Source: a bacterium (GTDB lineage Bacteria; Zhuqueibacterota; Zhuqueibacteria; Residuimicrobiales; Krinioviventaceae). From it: a stretch of 64,000 nt of DNA. The stretch is from contig OY843751.1 in NCBI GenBank assembly GCA_963693055.1, forward strand, positions 1,792,001 through 1,856,000, written 5' to 3'. Below the pieces are notes generated by a model. It searched no databases and had not been told where the DNA came from. It worked only from the letters and a program-made list of their open reading frames with translations. Shown here piece after piece: positions 23,880-33,383 of this stretch. The position numbers and the translations under genes are program-made. Every line of letters starts with the position of its first letter. Positions within the stretch are counted from its first letter, which is position 1.

Positions 23880-23911
23880 ATTATCAATTTGTATAAAGGA
23901 CTAGCGCGAAA

Positions 23912-24343
23912 ATGGATTTATCAACTTTAACATATGCCCCGGGTTCAAGAAAAAATAGAAAACGCGTAGGCCGAGGTGGCGCTCACGGTAAAACTTCTTG
24001 TCGTGGTCATAATGGTCAGCGATCCCGTTCCGGCTCTAAAAGACGTTTATGGTTTGAAGGTGGTCAAATGCCTATCATGCGTCGTTTACCGAAACGTGGT
24101 TTTTACAGTTTTACCCGGAAAGATGTACAAATCGTTAATCTTGCTGATTTGATCAAGATTCAAGCTGAAGAAATCACTCCTGAAGTATTGTTGGAAAATG
24201 GATTGATTCGTAAAATTGATGTTCCTGTTAAAGTGTTAGGCGATGGTGAATTGACAGGCAAGATTTCTGTTACCGCCAACGCTTTTAGCAAATCTGCAAA
24301 GGAAAAAATTGAAGCTGCTGGCGGGAGGGCTACAGAATTATGA
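23912..24343 (+). CDS. rplO: 50S ribosomal protein L15
   Basis: RVGRG, FEGGQMP, RRLPKRGF, KIEAAGG. Confidence 0.99.
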   Translation: MDLSTLTYAPGSRKNRKRVGRGGAHGKTSCRGHNGQRSRSGSKRRLWFEGGQMPIMRRLPKRGFYSFTRKDVQIVNLADLIKIQAEEITPEVLLENGLIRKIDVPVKVLGDGELTGKISVTANAFSKSAKEKIEAAGGRATEL

Positions 24344-25674
24344 TGGAAAATGTTAAAAACATTTTCAAGATTCCGGAACTGCGCAAAAAGATCCTGTTTA
24401 CTGCCATTATCCTTGTAGTTTATCGTGTTGGTGGTCATATTCCGGTACCCGGTATCAATGCACCTGCATTGTTAGAATATTTTGAGCAGGCACAAAGAGG
24501 GCTCTTGGGTTTATACGATCTCTTTGCCGGCGGTGCATTCAAGCGCGCTACTATTTTCGCATTGGGTATTATGCCCTATATTTCCGCATCCATTATTATT
24601 CAATTATTGGGTGCCGTTGTTCCTTATTTTCAGAAATTGCAAAAAGAAGGTGAGCAGGGACGTAAAAAAATTACCCAGCTTACCCGCTATGGAACTGTTG
24701 CCATTTCTGCAATGCAGGGTTTCGGTGTAAGTGTTTTCCTCGAATCTATTGGTTATTCACCTGTTACCGGTCAATTAGTAGTTCCTATGCCAGGTTTTGG
24801 TTTCAGACTTTTAACCATGTTAACACTTGCAAGTGGTACTGTAATTATAATGTGGCTTGGTGAATTAATCACTGAACGTGGAATAGGAAATGGTATTTCT
24901 TTGATCATCTTTATTGGTATCATTGCTCGTTTCCCCAATTCTATTTTTAATGAAATTCAGTCGGTTGCAAGTGGAACTCGTCCCTTAATCACAGAACTTG
25001 TATTGTGGGCAATTTTTATCATTACTGTTTGGTGTACAGTTGCTTTGACGCAGGGTACTCGCAAGATACCTGTCCAATATGCCAAGCGTGTTGTTGGTCG
25101 TAAAGTATATGGTGGACAGCGTACCCATATTCCACTGCGTGTGAATACTGCAGGCGTTATGCCCATCATTTTTGCTCAATCAATTTTGTTTGTACCCCAA
25201 ACAATTATGCAGTTTTTTCCAAACAGTGACTTTGTAGCTTCTATGAATATGCTGTTTGATTATCAATCATGGACTTATTGGATTATTTATGGTTTGATGA
25301 TTGTATTCTTTACTTATTTTTATACTGCAATAGCTTTTAACCCAATTGATGTTGCAGACAATATGAAAAAACAGGGAGGATTCATTCCCGGTGTTAGACC
25401 TGGAAAAAAGACTTCTGAATATATTGATCATATTTTAACCAGAATCACCTTGCCCGGTTCTATTGCATTGGCATTGATTGCAATTTTACCTTCTATTGTA
25501 TCAAAGTTTGGCCATGTTAACTATGACTTTGCCAGCTTTTATGGTGGAACCTCATTACTCATTGTAGTTGGTGTTGCACTTGATACTCTGCAACAGATTG
25601 AATCACATCTGTTGATGCGTCATTATGACGGATTTATGAAAACCGGCAAGATTAAAGGTAGACGTAGATTCTAA
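24340..25674 (+). CDS. secY: Preprotein translocase subunit SecY
   Basis: ALGIMPYISASII, GIGNGISL, GGFIPGVRPG, GGTSLLIVVGV. Confidence 0.99.
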   Translation: MMENVKNIFKIPELRKKILFTAIILVVYRVGGHIPVPGINAPALLEYFEQAQRGLLGLYDLFAGGAFKRATIFALGIMPYISASIIIQLLGAVVPYFQKLQKEGEQGRKKITQLTRYGTVAISAMQGFGVSVFLESIGYSPVTGQLVVPMPGFGFRLLTMLTLASGTVIIMWLGELITERGIGNGISLIIFIGIIARFPNSIFNEIQSVASGTRPLITELVLWAIFIITVWCTVALTQGTRKIPVQYAKRVVGRKVYGGQRTHIPLRVNTAGVMPIIFAQSILFVPQTIMQFFPNSDFVASMNMLFDYQSWTYWIIYGLMIVFFTYFYTAIAFNPIDVADNMKKQGGFIPGVRPGKKTSEYIDHILTRITLPGSIALALIAILPSIVSKFGHVNYDFASFYGGTSLLIVVGVALDTLQQIESHLLMRHYDGFMKTGKIKGRRRF

Positions 25675-25684
25675 AAAACAGGAA

Positions 25685-26341
25685 ATGACTGGAATGAGAA
25701 CGATATTTTTAGGTGCACCCGGAACCGGTAAAGGAACCCAGGCATCTGTTTTAGCTGAAAAATTTTCTATACCCCAGATTTCTACAGGTGACATCTTGAG
25801 ACAAGCTGTTAAAGATGGTACTGAACTGGGTAAAAAAGCAAAATCGATTATGGAATCTGGTGGTCTTGTATCTGATGATATTATCATTGGATTAATTGAA
25901 GAACGTCTGGAACAAGATGATTGTAAGAATGGTTATATTTTGGACGGTTTTCCACGTACAATTGCACAGGCAGAAAGTCTTGATGCATTATTAACCGAAG
26001 CAAAGCCTATTGAAGCGGTTATTTATTTTGACGTACCGGAAGATGAAATCATTAAAAGATTAACCAGCCGTCGTACATGTAATAAATGTGGTTACAATTA
26101 TAACATGATCACTGATCCACCACCTGCTGACAATGTCTGCAAATTTTGTGGTGGCCCGGTAATACAACGTGATGATGATAAGGAAGATACTGTACGTAAT
26201 CGTCTGGTTGTATATCATGAAAAAACTGCTCCATTGAAAGCATATTATGAAGAGCAGGATAAATTAAAATCAGTAGATGCAAGTCAACAAGTTGAAAAAG
26301 TACGTGTTGAATTGGTTGACATTTACGAAAATTTGAGATAA
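25685..26341 (+). CDS. adk: Adenylate kinase with Zn-binding lid
   Basis: GAPGTGKGTQA P-loop, LDGFPRT, CNKC...CKFC lid. Confidence 0.98.
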   Translation: MTGMRTIFLGAPGTGKGTQASVLAEKFSIPQISTGDILRQAVKDGTELGKKAKSIMESGGLVSDDIIIGLIEERLEQDDCKNGYILDGFPRTIAQAESLDALLTEAKPIEAVIYFDVPEDEIIKRLTSRRTCNKCGYNYNMITDPPPADNVCKFCGGPVIQRDDDKEDTVRNRLVVYHEKTAPLKAYYEEQDKLKSVDASQQVEKVRVELVDIYENLR

Positions 26342-26344
26342 ATT

Positions 26345-27094
26345 ATGATTCATATACGGAGTACACGCGAAATAGATTTGTTAAGAGCCAGTGCCAGAAT
26401 TGTTGCAGAAGCTTTAAAAATGATTGAATCTCGTGTCGCTCCTGGTGTTTCAACAGAGGATCTGGACAAGGAAATTGAAGAATTTATTCGTTCTAAAAAT
26501 GCAAGACCTGCATTTAAAGGATTTAATGGTTTCCCTGCGAGCTCCTGTATCTCTATCGATGATCAAGTTGTACATGGAATACCTGGTAAGCGAGTTTTAA
26601 AAGAAGGTGAAATAATAAGCATTGATATTGGTGTTGAACTCAATGGTTATTATGGTGATGCTGCCAAAACATTTCCTGTAGGACTAATCGATGAAGAAAA
26701 ACAGCGGTTGTTAAAAGTAACTGAAGAGTCACTTTACATTGGTATTGAAGCCGCTAAAGAAGGTAATCGTCTTTCTGATATTGGTCATGCGATACAAGCT
26801 CATGTTGAAAACGCAGGTTACACTGTGGTTCGTGATCTTGTTGGACATGGAATAGGTACTGAAATGTGGGAAGAACCACAGATACCAAATTATGGTGAAC
26901 CTAATCAGGGACCGCGTTTAAAATCAGGAATGGTATTCGCTATTGAGCCGATGGTAAATATTGGTACTTATGATGTAAGAACCGAGGCGGATAACTGGAC
27001 GATTGTTACTCAAGATGGTAAACCATCGGCACATTTTGAACACGATATTGTGATTAATGATGGTAAAGCTGAAATATTGAGCGCCGATCTATAA
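26345..27094 (+). CDS. map: Methionine aminopeptidase type I
   Basis: VVHGIPG, DIGV..GYYGDAA, GHGIG, AIEPM, SAHFEH. Confidence 0.98.
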   Translation: MIHIRSTREIDLLRASARIVAEALKMIESRVAPGVSTEDLDKEIEEFIRSKNARPAFKGFNGFPASSCISIDDQVVHGIPGKRVLKEGEIISIDIGVELNGYYGDAAKTFPVGLIDEEKQRLLKVTEESLYIGIEAAKEGNRLSDIGHAIQAHVENAGYTVVRDLVGHGIGTEMWEEPQIPNYGEPNQGPRLKSGMVFAIEPMVNIGTYDVRTEADNWTIVTQDGKPSAHFEHDIVINDGKAEILSADL

Positions 27095-27106
27095 AGGTAA
27101 TTTTGT

Positions 27107-27325
27107 ATGGCTAAAGAATCAGCAATTAAAATTGATGGAACTATTTTAGAAACTTTGCCCAATGCTACGTTTAAGGTAGAATTGGAAAATGGGCACGTAG
27201 TTTTGGCCCATATCTCTGGTAAAATGAGAATGCATTTTATTAAAATTTTACCAGGCGATAAAGTTACCTGTGAACTATCGCCTTACGATTTGAGTCGTGG
27301 TAGAATTATTTATCGTTACAAATAA
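27107..27325 (+). CDS. infA: Translation initiation factor IF-1
   Basis: [30 protein letters not shown]. Confidence 0.99.
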   Translation: MAKESAIKIDGTILETLPNATFKVELENGHVVLAHISGKMRMHFIKILPGDKVTCELSPYDLSRGRIIYRYK

Positions 27326-27363
27326 TACGCTGGTAAATGGAATATACAAGTTAGGTGCAAACC

Positions 27364-27480
27364 ATGAAAGTAAGAGCTTCGGTAAAAAAAATTTGTGAAC
27401 ACTGTAAAATCATAAGACGTAAAGGTGTTGTACGTGTCATTTGTGACCGTAACCCGAAACATAAACAACGTCAAGGATAA
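27364..27480 (+). CDS. rpmJ: 50S ribosomal protein L36 (below ORF-track cutoff)
   Basis: Hand translation [38 protein letters not shown]. Confidence 0.98.
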   Translation: MKVRASVKKICEHCKIIRRKGVVRVICDRNPKHKQRQG

Positions 27481-27513
27481 TTTTTTTAATCAAGTATAAA
27501 AAAGGAGTGAGTC

Positions 27514-27879
27514 TTGTCTCGTATAGCTGGTATTGATTTACCCCGGGATAAACGAATTGAAGTAGCGCTGACCTATATTACGGGTATCGGATTAACAACA
27601 TCCCAAAAGTTGTTGGAAAAAACCGGTATCGATCCTAATATTCGTGTGCGTGATATAACCCCCGATCAGGTACAAAAAATTCGTGATGAAATTCAAAACA
27701 ATTACAAGGTCGAAGGTGCGCTGCGTAGTGAAATCCATATGAATATTAAACGACTGATGGATATAGGCTGTTATCGCGGTCTCAGACATCGTCGTAATTT
27801 GCCGGTTCGCGGACAACGAACACATACAAATGCCCGTACCCGTCGTAATAAGAGATCGGCAGTTGGTGGTAAAAAGTAA
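27514..27879 (+). CDS. rpsM: 30S ribosomal protein S13
   Basis: [30 protein letters not shown]; TTG start. Confidence 0.99.
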   Translation: MSRIAGIDLPRDKRIEVALTYITGIGLTTSQKLLEKTGIDPNIRVRDITPDQVQKIRDEIQNNYKVEGALRSEIHMNIKRLMDIGCYRGLRHRRNLPVRGQRTHTNARTRRNKRSAVGGKK

Positions 27880-27913
27880 GTATAACCATTAAATGAATGT
27901 AAAGAGGTGTTAA

Positions 27914-28303
27914 TTGGCTAATCCAAGAAGAAGAACCACGAAAAAGAAAGAAAAAGTTGAAGCCAATGGTGTAGCTCATATCAAAGTGACATTTAACAAT
28001 ACAAATATCACATTGACAGACCAGTATGGCAATGTCATTTCGTGGGCAACAGCAGGTCGAGTTGGATTTAAAGGTTCACGTAAAAGTACTCCATTTGCGG
28101 CGCAGATGGCCGCAGAATCTGCTGCAAAAGAAGCGATGGATCTGGGTTTGAAACGGGTTGAAGTGTTAGTAAAAGGACCCGGTGCAGGCCGTGAAGCAGC
28201 TGTTCGTTCTTTGCAAGCTGCAGGATTAGAGATTACAGCTATTAAAGATTGTACTCCTATTCCTCACAATGGTTGTCGGCCCCCAAAACGTCGGCGTGTA
28301 TAA
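27914..28303 (+). CDS. rpsK: 30S ribosomal protein S11
   Basis: [27 protein letters not shown]; TTG start. Confidence 0.99.
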   Translation: MANPRRRTTKKKEKVEANGVAHIKVTFNNTNITLTDQYGNVISWATAGRVGFKGSRKSTPFAAQMAAESAAKEAMDLGLKRVEVLVKGPGAGREAAVRSLQAAGLEITAIKDCTPIPHNGCRPPKRRRV

Positions 28304-28368
28304 TTTTGAATTTGATTCTAAAGTGTACGGAACTCGTTTCCGTTTGATCTGTTAGGAGGTTTATATAA

Positions 28369-28998
28369 ATGGCTAGACATACAGGCGCTGTCTGTAAAAT
28401 TTGTCGTAGAGAAGGCATGAAGCTTTTTCTTAAAGGAAGCAAGTGCTCGTCTAATAAATGTACTTTTGATAAAAAAAGTTATGGTCCAGGACAGCATGGA
28501 CAAAGAAGAAGTTTTAAACAATCTGAATATTCTATTCAGCTACGTGAGAAACAAAAAATTAAAAGAATGTATGGATTGCTGGAACGTCAATTCCGTAATT
28601 ATTTTGAAAAAGCAGACCGTGCACAAGGTATTACCGGTGAAAATCTGTTACAGATGCTCGAATGTCGTTTAGACAATGTAGTACATAGATTAGGTTTAGC
28701 ACCATCAAGAATATCTGCACGTCAACTTGTTCGTCATAAACATATTTTGGTAAATGGACGCCGAGTTGATATTCCGTCTTTTCAATTGCAAACCGGAGAT
28801 GTAATAACTGTTGCAGAAAAAAGCCGCAAACTCGATATGATTCATGATTCCATGAAAAGAGTTCGCGATGGTAAATTGGTTCCATGGTTAACTTTGGATA
28901 AAGCCAAGATGGAAGGAACCGTTTTAGAGGCTCCAACACGTGATAGTATTCCGGTGAATGTGAATGAACAGTTGGTTGTAGAGTTGTATTCCAAATAA
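28369..28998 (+). CDS. rpsD: 30S ribosomal protein S4, Zn-binding type
   Basis: CKICRREG..C..C, QLREKQK, RLDNVV, LVVELYSK. Confidence 0.99.
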   Translation: MARHTGAVCKICRREGMKLFLKGSKCSSNKCTFDKKSYGPGQHGQRRSFKQSEYSIQLREKQKIKRMYGLLERQFRNYFEKADRAQGITGENLLQMLECRLDNVVHRLGLAPSRISARQLVRHKHILVNGRRVDIPSFQLQTGDVITVAEKSRKLDMIHDSMKRVRDGKLVPWLTLDKAKMEGTVLEAPTRDSIPVNVNEQLVVELYSK

Positions 28999-29040
28999 CG
29001 TTTTCAATAGAAAAGTAAAATTAACGAATGGAGTTCATTT

Positions 29041-30042
29041 ATGGCTTTACCAAGTTTTCAAATGCCCGAAAGCATTGAACTGGATGAGTCAACATATAGC
29101 AATACATACGGCCGATTTATTGTGCAACCACTGGAGCGGGGTTTTGGTACAACTATAGGAAATTCCCTGAGACGTGTATTACTATCCTCAATTCCAGGAA
29201 CAGCTATCACCAGTTTTCGAATCGATAATAATAATGGAGAATCCATTTTACACGAATTCAGCACTGTTGGTGGCGTTCAGGAAGATATTTCCGAGGTTGT
29301 TCTCAATTTAAAACAGGTAAAAATTAAATTGATTGAAAAACGACCAGAAAAAGTTGTTCTGGATGTTAAAGGCCCCGGTGAATTTACCGCTGCTGATATT
29401 CAGCAGGGATCACAGGAATTTGAAATTTTAAATCCTGACCTTCATATTGCTACTTTGAATGATGAAGCTGATTTCAAATTGGAATTGCGTATTGGACGCG
29501 GTAGAGGTTATGTTCCCTCTGAAGAAAATAAAATGCCCGATATGCCAATTGGTACTGTACCAATTGATTCAATTTTTACCCCGGTCACACAAGTGACTTA
29601 TCAAGTAGAAAATACTCGAGTTGGTCAAAAGACCGATTATGAAAAATTAATTCTTGAAATTAACACAGATGGCAGTATCACACCTGATGACGCCCTCAGT
29701 TATGCCGGTAAAATACTCAAGGACCACATTCAGCTATTTATCACTTTTGATGTTGACACTGAAGAAGAAGAAGTACCGGAAGTAGATGAAGAAGTCATCC
29801 GTATTCGCAGATTGTTGAACATGAGTGTTGATGAGCTTGAACTCTCTGTTCGTTCTCATAACTGCTTGATGGCTGCAAATATTAAAACCATTTCAGATTT
29901 AGTAAGACGTGATGAGCAGGAAATGCTCAAATTCAGAAATTTTGGTCGTAAATCTTTGACCGAATTAAACAAAATTCTGGAAGAAAAAGGTCTTCATTTT
30001 GGAATGGATATAGAAAAATATTTGAAAAAAGGTGAAGAATAG
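29041..30042 (+). CDS. rpoA: DNA-directed RNA polymerase subunit alpha
   Basis: PLERGFGTTIGNSLRRVLLSS, LELSVRSHNCL, NFGRKSL. Confidence 0.99.
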   Translation: MALPSFQMPESIELDESTYSNTYGRFIVQPLERGFGTTIGNSLRRVLLSSIPGTAITSFRIDNNNGESILHEFSTVGGVQEDISEVVLNLKQVKIKLIEKRPEKVVLDVKGPGEFTAADIQQGSQEFEILNPDLHIATLNDEADFKLELRIGRGRGYVPSEENKMPDMPIGTVPIDSIFTPVTQVTYQVENTRVGQKTDYEKLILEINTDGSITPDDALSYAGKILKDHIQLFITFDVDTEEEEVPEVDEEVIRIRRLLNMSVDELELSVRSHNCLMAANIKTISDLVRRDEQEMLKFRNFGRKSLTELNKILEEKGLHFGMDIEKYLKKGEE

Positions 30043-30080
30043 TATAGTTACTGAATATACTTAATTAGGGAAATGTATTC

Positions 30081-30539
30081 ATGAGACATTTAAAATCCGG
30101 AAGAAAATTAGGACGTACTACAAGTCATAGAAAAGCGACACTTGCTAATTTGGCTACTGCTTTATTGACCCATAAAAGTATTGTAACAACTACTCCAAAG
30201 GCTAAAGAAGCACGATCTACTGTTGAGCGCCTGGTTACTTTTGCGAAAAAAGGTGATCTTGCTGCAAGACGACAGGTGTTGCGTACCATTCGTGACAAAG
30301 CCCTGGTTAAAGAGCTCTTTGAAGAAATTGCACCCAAGTATGCTGAACGTAACGGTGGTTATACCCGGATCATAAAAATCGGCCGACGTAAAGGTGACAA
30401 TGCACCGCTTGCAATTTTTGAGCTTGTAGGATATGAATCTGCAAAAGCTGAAAAATTAGAGAAGCAACGGAAAAAACGTGAAGCTAAATCTGAAGATCAA
30501 GAAAAGAAAGCTGAAGAAGAAGTTTCCGGCGAAGAGTAA
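30081..30539 (+). CDS. rplQ: 50S ribosomal protein L17 with a charged C-terminal tail
   Basis: [30 protein letters not shown]. Confidence 0.99.
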   Translation: MRHLKSGRKLGRTTSHRKATLANLATALLTHKSIVTTTPKAKEARSTVERLVTFAKKGDLAARRQVLRTIRDKALVKELFEEIAPKYAERNGGYTRIIKIGRRKGDNAPLAIFELVGYESAKAEKLEKQRKKREAKSEDQEKKAEEEVSGEE

Positions 30540-30554
30540 GAAAAAATTATTTTT

Positions 30555-30588
30555 AAAAAGGGCAAGCATAGGCTTGCCCTTTTTTTTT
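30555..30588 (+). terminator. Intrinsic terminator ending the ribosomal superoperon
   Basis: AAAAAGGGCAAGC-ATAG-GCTTGCCCTTTTTTTTT. Confidence 0.92.
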
Positions 30589-30618
30589 GTATATTTATTC
30601 ATCCCTTTTGGTTTTCCA

Positions 30619-30647
30619 TTGGTTTTTTTCCTTCAAATGTTTATATT
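30619..30647 (+). promoter_or_regulatory. Putative sigma70-type promoter for the lipoprotein/barrel genes
   Basis: TTGGTT-17 nt-TATATT; same geometry as the other promoter candidates. Confidence 0.4.
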
Positions 30648-30770
30648 AGCTTTTTCCAGTCTTGCGTAACTTGTTGAGACTATATTTGAAAATTTGTGTT
30701 TGCTCGTAAGGAACTTATTTATACGAATTCAGTAAAAGAATACAAAAACAATCTTGTTATAGGAATCGGA

Positions 30771-32027
30771 ATGAAAAGACTATTAGCTTTATTATCACTT
30801 TCTTTTCTTTTATATTGTACTCACGACAAACCCCTGCCAAGCGGTTATGAATTGTTAAACCGTGAAAATAAGGGGGAAATCATTGTTAAAGAGTATCCAG
30901 CAACACGTACTGCAACGTATTGGAGCACTCCTCAAGCTGGTATACAAAATTCACTTATGCTTGGACAGTTGGGTGCATATAAATCCTTTATTGCTTTTCG
31001 TTTTGTGAATTTTTCTGCAATTGACACAACTACTGTTAATTCTGTTACCTTGAATCTTGAACAATTCTTTCATTATGGTGACGGTGGATCATTTCAGGTG
31101 ACCGCTTATCCTTTGACTGAACCCTGGATATCTACATATATTTATGAAAGTGACTGGGAATCTGCAGTTTGGGATGATATTCAAGGAAAGATAGATTACG
31201 GGAAACCTATTGGTTCATTTACTGCAGGACCAACAGATTCAGTTTCTACTATAAGTATTGATCTTGATACTGCCACTGTGAATAATTGGGTACGTCAATA
31301 TCAGCTATTATATAACGACGATGATACCGATAATATAGAAGAAAATTTTGGTTTTGTTTTAACACTGGAATCTGCTGATGTAATGTGTCAATATTATTCT
31401 GCTGAAGTAAGTGGAGCATGGCCTTTTCTTTCAATATCTTATGATCCCATTGATCAGGATGTTCAAGTTGAGACAGATACTGTTTACGGCTATATCGATG
31501 CAAGTATGATCCAGTACGATACTGATGTTTTGCCTGATCAGATAATTGAAAATCCTGATTATTTAAATATTGGAAATGCTTCCGGTTATAAAACTTTTTT
31601 ACAATTTCATACCGAAGATATACCCAAAGAAGCTACAATACATCATGCAATGATTACTATGAATGTAGTATCCGATGACGATACTACCAATTTAATACCT
31701 ATAAGTGTAATTCCGGTTTTTGGAGATTCACTTTGGGATCCTCAAGAAATGGTGTTGGATAGCTTGCACGAAGTTCCAACAGCATATGCTGCTTCTATAT
31801 ATGATGAATTCAATATGTCAAATTCTACAGCTACGTCAAACATGTCTACAATTGTACAGCATTGGGCGTGGAATCTTTATAAAAATTACGGCCTATTATT
31901 GTTTTCAGGTGACGAAGGATACAGTCTTTCAGAAATTAGTTTTTACTCTGGAAAGAATGATTCAACACTCGTACCAAAATTGCGCGTAACTTATTCATTG
32001 CCACCAGACCTTCGTTTCTCAGAATAG
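30771..32027 (+). CDS. Outer-membrane lipoprotein, DUF4270/BamH-like, with two DNRLRE-like beta-sandwich repeats
   Basis: MKRLLALLSLSFLLY-C lipoprotein signal from ATG 30771; L.LG..., SVTLNL, YPLTE, NYGLLL and PKLRVTYS patterns; family assignment is by eye. Confidence 0.6.
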   Translation: MKRLLALLSLSFLLYCTHDKPLPSGYELLNRENKGEIIVKEYPATRTATYWSTPQAGIQNSLMLGQLGAYKSFIAFRFVNFSAIDTTTVNSVTLNLEQFFHYGDGGSFQVTAYPLTEPWISTYIYESDWESAVWDDIQGKIDYGKPIGSFTAGPTDSVSTISIDLDTATVNNWVRQYQLLYNDDDTDNIEENFGFVLTLESADVMCQYYSAEVSGAWPFLSISYDPIDQDVQVETDTVYGYIDASMIQYDTDVLPDQIIENPDYLNIGNASGYKTFLQFHTEDIPKEATIHHAMITMNVVSDDDTTNLIPISVIPVFGDSLWDPQEMVLDSLHEVPTAYAASIYDEFNMSNSTATSNMSTIVQHWAWNLYKNYGLLLFSGDEGYSLSEISFYSGKNDSTLVPKLRVTYSLPPDLRFSE

Positions 32028-32056
32028 ATAAGCATTAAACAGTACAGGATATTTTT

Positions 32057-33259
32057 ATGAATCTGAAAAAATATATAGCATTTTTGACTTTGTTATTAAC
32101 AGGTTTGTTCTTTACCGGATCCGTTTACGGAGATTCATACTATTCTTCAATTGGAATGGGTATGCCGCATTATTTTGTTTCTCCCAAAGCTGTAGGTATG
32201 GGAGGCGCTGGCTTGGGTGTTATGGATAGATTTGCATTAAATTCAATGAATCCGGCAGCTGTTTTTGTTCAAGGTAAAACCTCAATTTCTATCGATTCTT
32301 ATATGGAAATGGTTGAAAGTGAATATCATGATCAAAGTTCTGTAACCCGTAATGGTAATCCATCAGGTTTTCATTTCTATGTACCATTACATAAAAGGGT
32401 TACTTTTTTAGCTGGTTTAAAAGCTTTAACCCGTGCAAAATATAATTTAGAAATTGATGGACAAACTGATTATGTTGAATACACCCGTTTTGTAAGAGGT
32501 TCTGGTGGAATAAGTGCGGGTGTTCTTGGTTTGCAATATTTAATAACAAAAAATTTGGTTTTAGGTGCAAATGCCAAATTTGATTTTGGTAGTTTTAATG
32601 AAGAGTGGAAAACTGAATTTAGTGAAGATGCTTATACAGATGCTGCAGATAAATTGACCAGTCATTTGTGGGGAGCTGGTTTTGAGTTGGGTATGTATTT
32701 ACTTCCGACAGATTGGTTTTCTTTGGGCATTATTTATCATAGTAAAAGTAAATTGAATGTTGAAGACAATATCACTTTGGGTAGCGCTTTGGTTACTGAT
32801 ATTGTAGAATCTACTGCAAATTATCCCCAGGCATTGGGTATTGGAACTTCGGTTTCAATGAAAAAGGTCCAATTTGCATTCGATGTATATACACAGTTCT
32901 GGGACCAATTTGAATTAGATGGAATTGTTGCAAAAGAATTTAATAATTTTACCCGCATTGGCGGTGGTATGGAATACAGAGATTCACGCAGCTATCTTGA
33001 CGCGTATCATAGACGAATTGCTTACAGATTGGGTGGTTATTTTAGTCAATTACCATATACAGATGTTGATGGCTCAACTGTGAACGAGTTGTTTGCAACG
33101 GCTGGTTTAGGATTTCCTTTTTTCGGTGGTACCGGTCAACTCGACTTTGCAATTGAATATGGTAAACGAAGCGGTAATAACGTAGGATATAGCGAAAATG
33201 TACTACGTTTTTCTGCAAGCTTTAGTGGTTCTGAACTGTGGTTCCAAAGACGTCGTTAA
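32057..33259 (+). CDS. FadL-like outer-membrane beta-barrel protein, BamG-like
   Basis: Signal peptide; SYYSSIGMG..GMGGAG..NSMNPAA plug-type N-terminus; alternating beta-strands; C-terminus ELWFQRRR. Confidence 0.7.
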   Translation: MNLKKYIAFLTLLLTGLFFTGSVYGDSYYSSIGMGMPHYFVSPKAVGMGGAGLGVMDRFALNSMNPAAVFVQGKTSISIDSYMEMVESEYHDQSSVTRNGNPSGFHFYVPLHKRVTFLAGLKALTRAKYNLEIDGQTDYVEYTRFVRGSGGISAGVLGLQYLITKNLVLGANAKFDFGSFNEEWKTEFSEDAYTDAADKLTSHLWGAGFELGMYLLPTDWFSLGIIYHSKSKLNVEDNITLGSALVTDIVESTANYPQALGIGTSVSMKKVQFAFDVYTQFWDQFELDGIVAKEFNNFTRIGGGMEYRDSRSYLDAYHRRIAYRLGGYFSQLPYTDVDGSTVNELFATAGLGFPFFGGTGQLDFAIEYGKRSGNNVGYSENVLRFSASFSGSELWFQRRR

Positions 33260-33285
33260 TTCCTCAATTTCAGTTAAAAAATGAC

Positions 33286-33314
33286 TTGATTTTTACTCTT
33301 GATTTGACTAAAAT
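33286..33314 (+). promoter_or_regulatory. Putative sigma70-type promoter for the TPR lipoprotein
   Basis: TTGATT-17 nt-TAAAAT. Confidence 0.55.
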
Positions 33315-33383
33315 TACATGATATTTTTGTGATTGAATTGCTAGTTATTGGTTTATATTTAAAATTTACGAGGAGGTACCACG

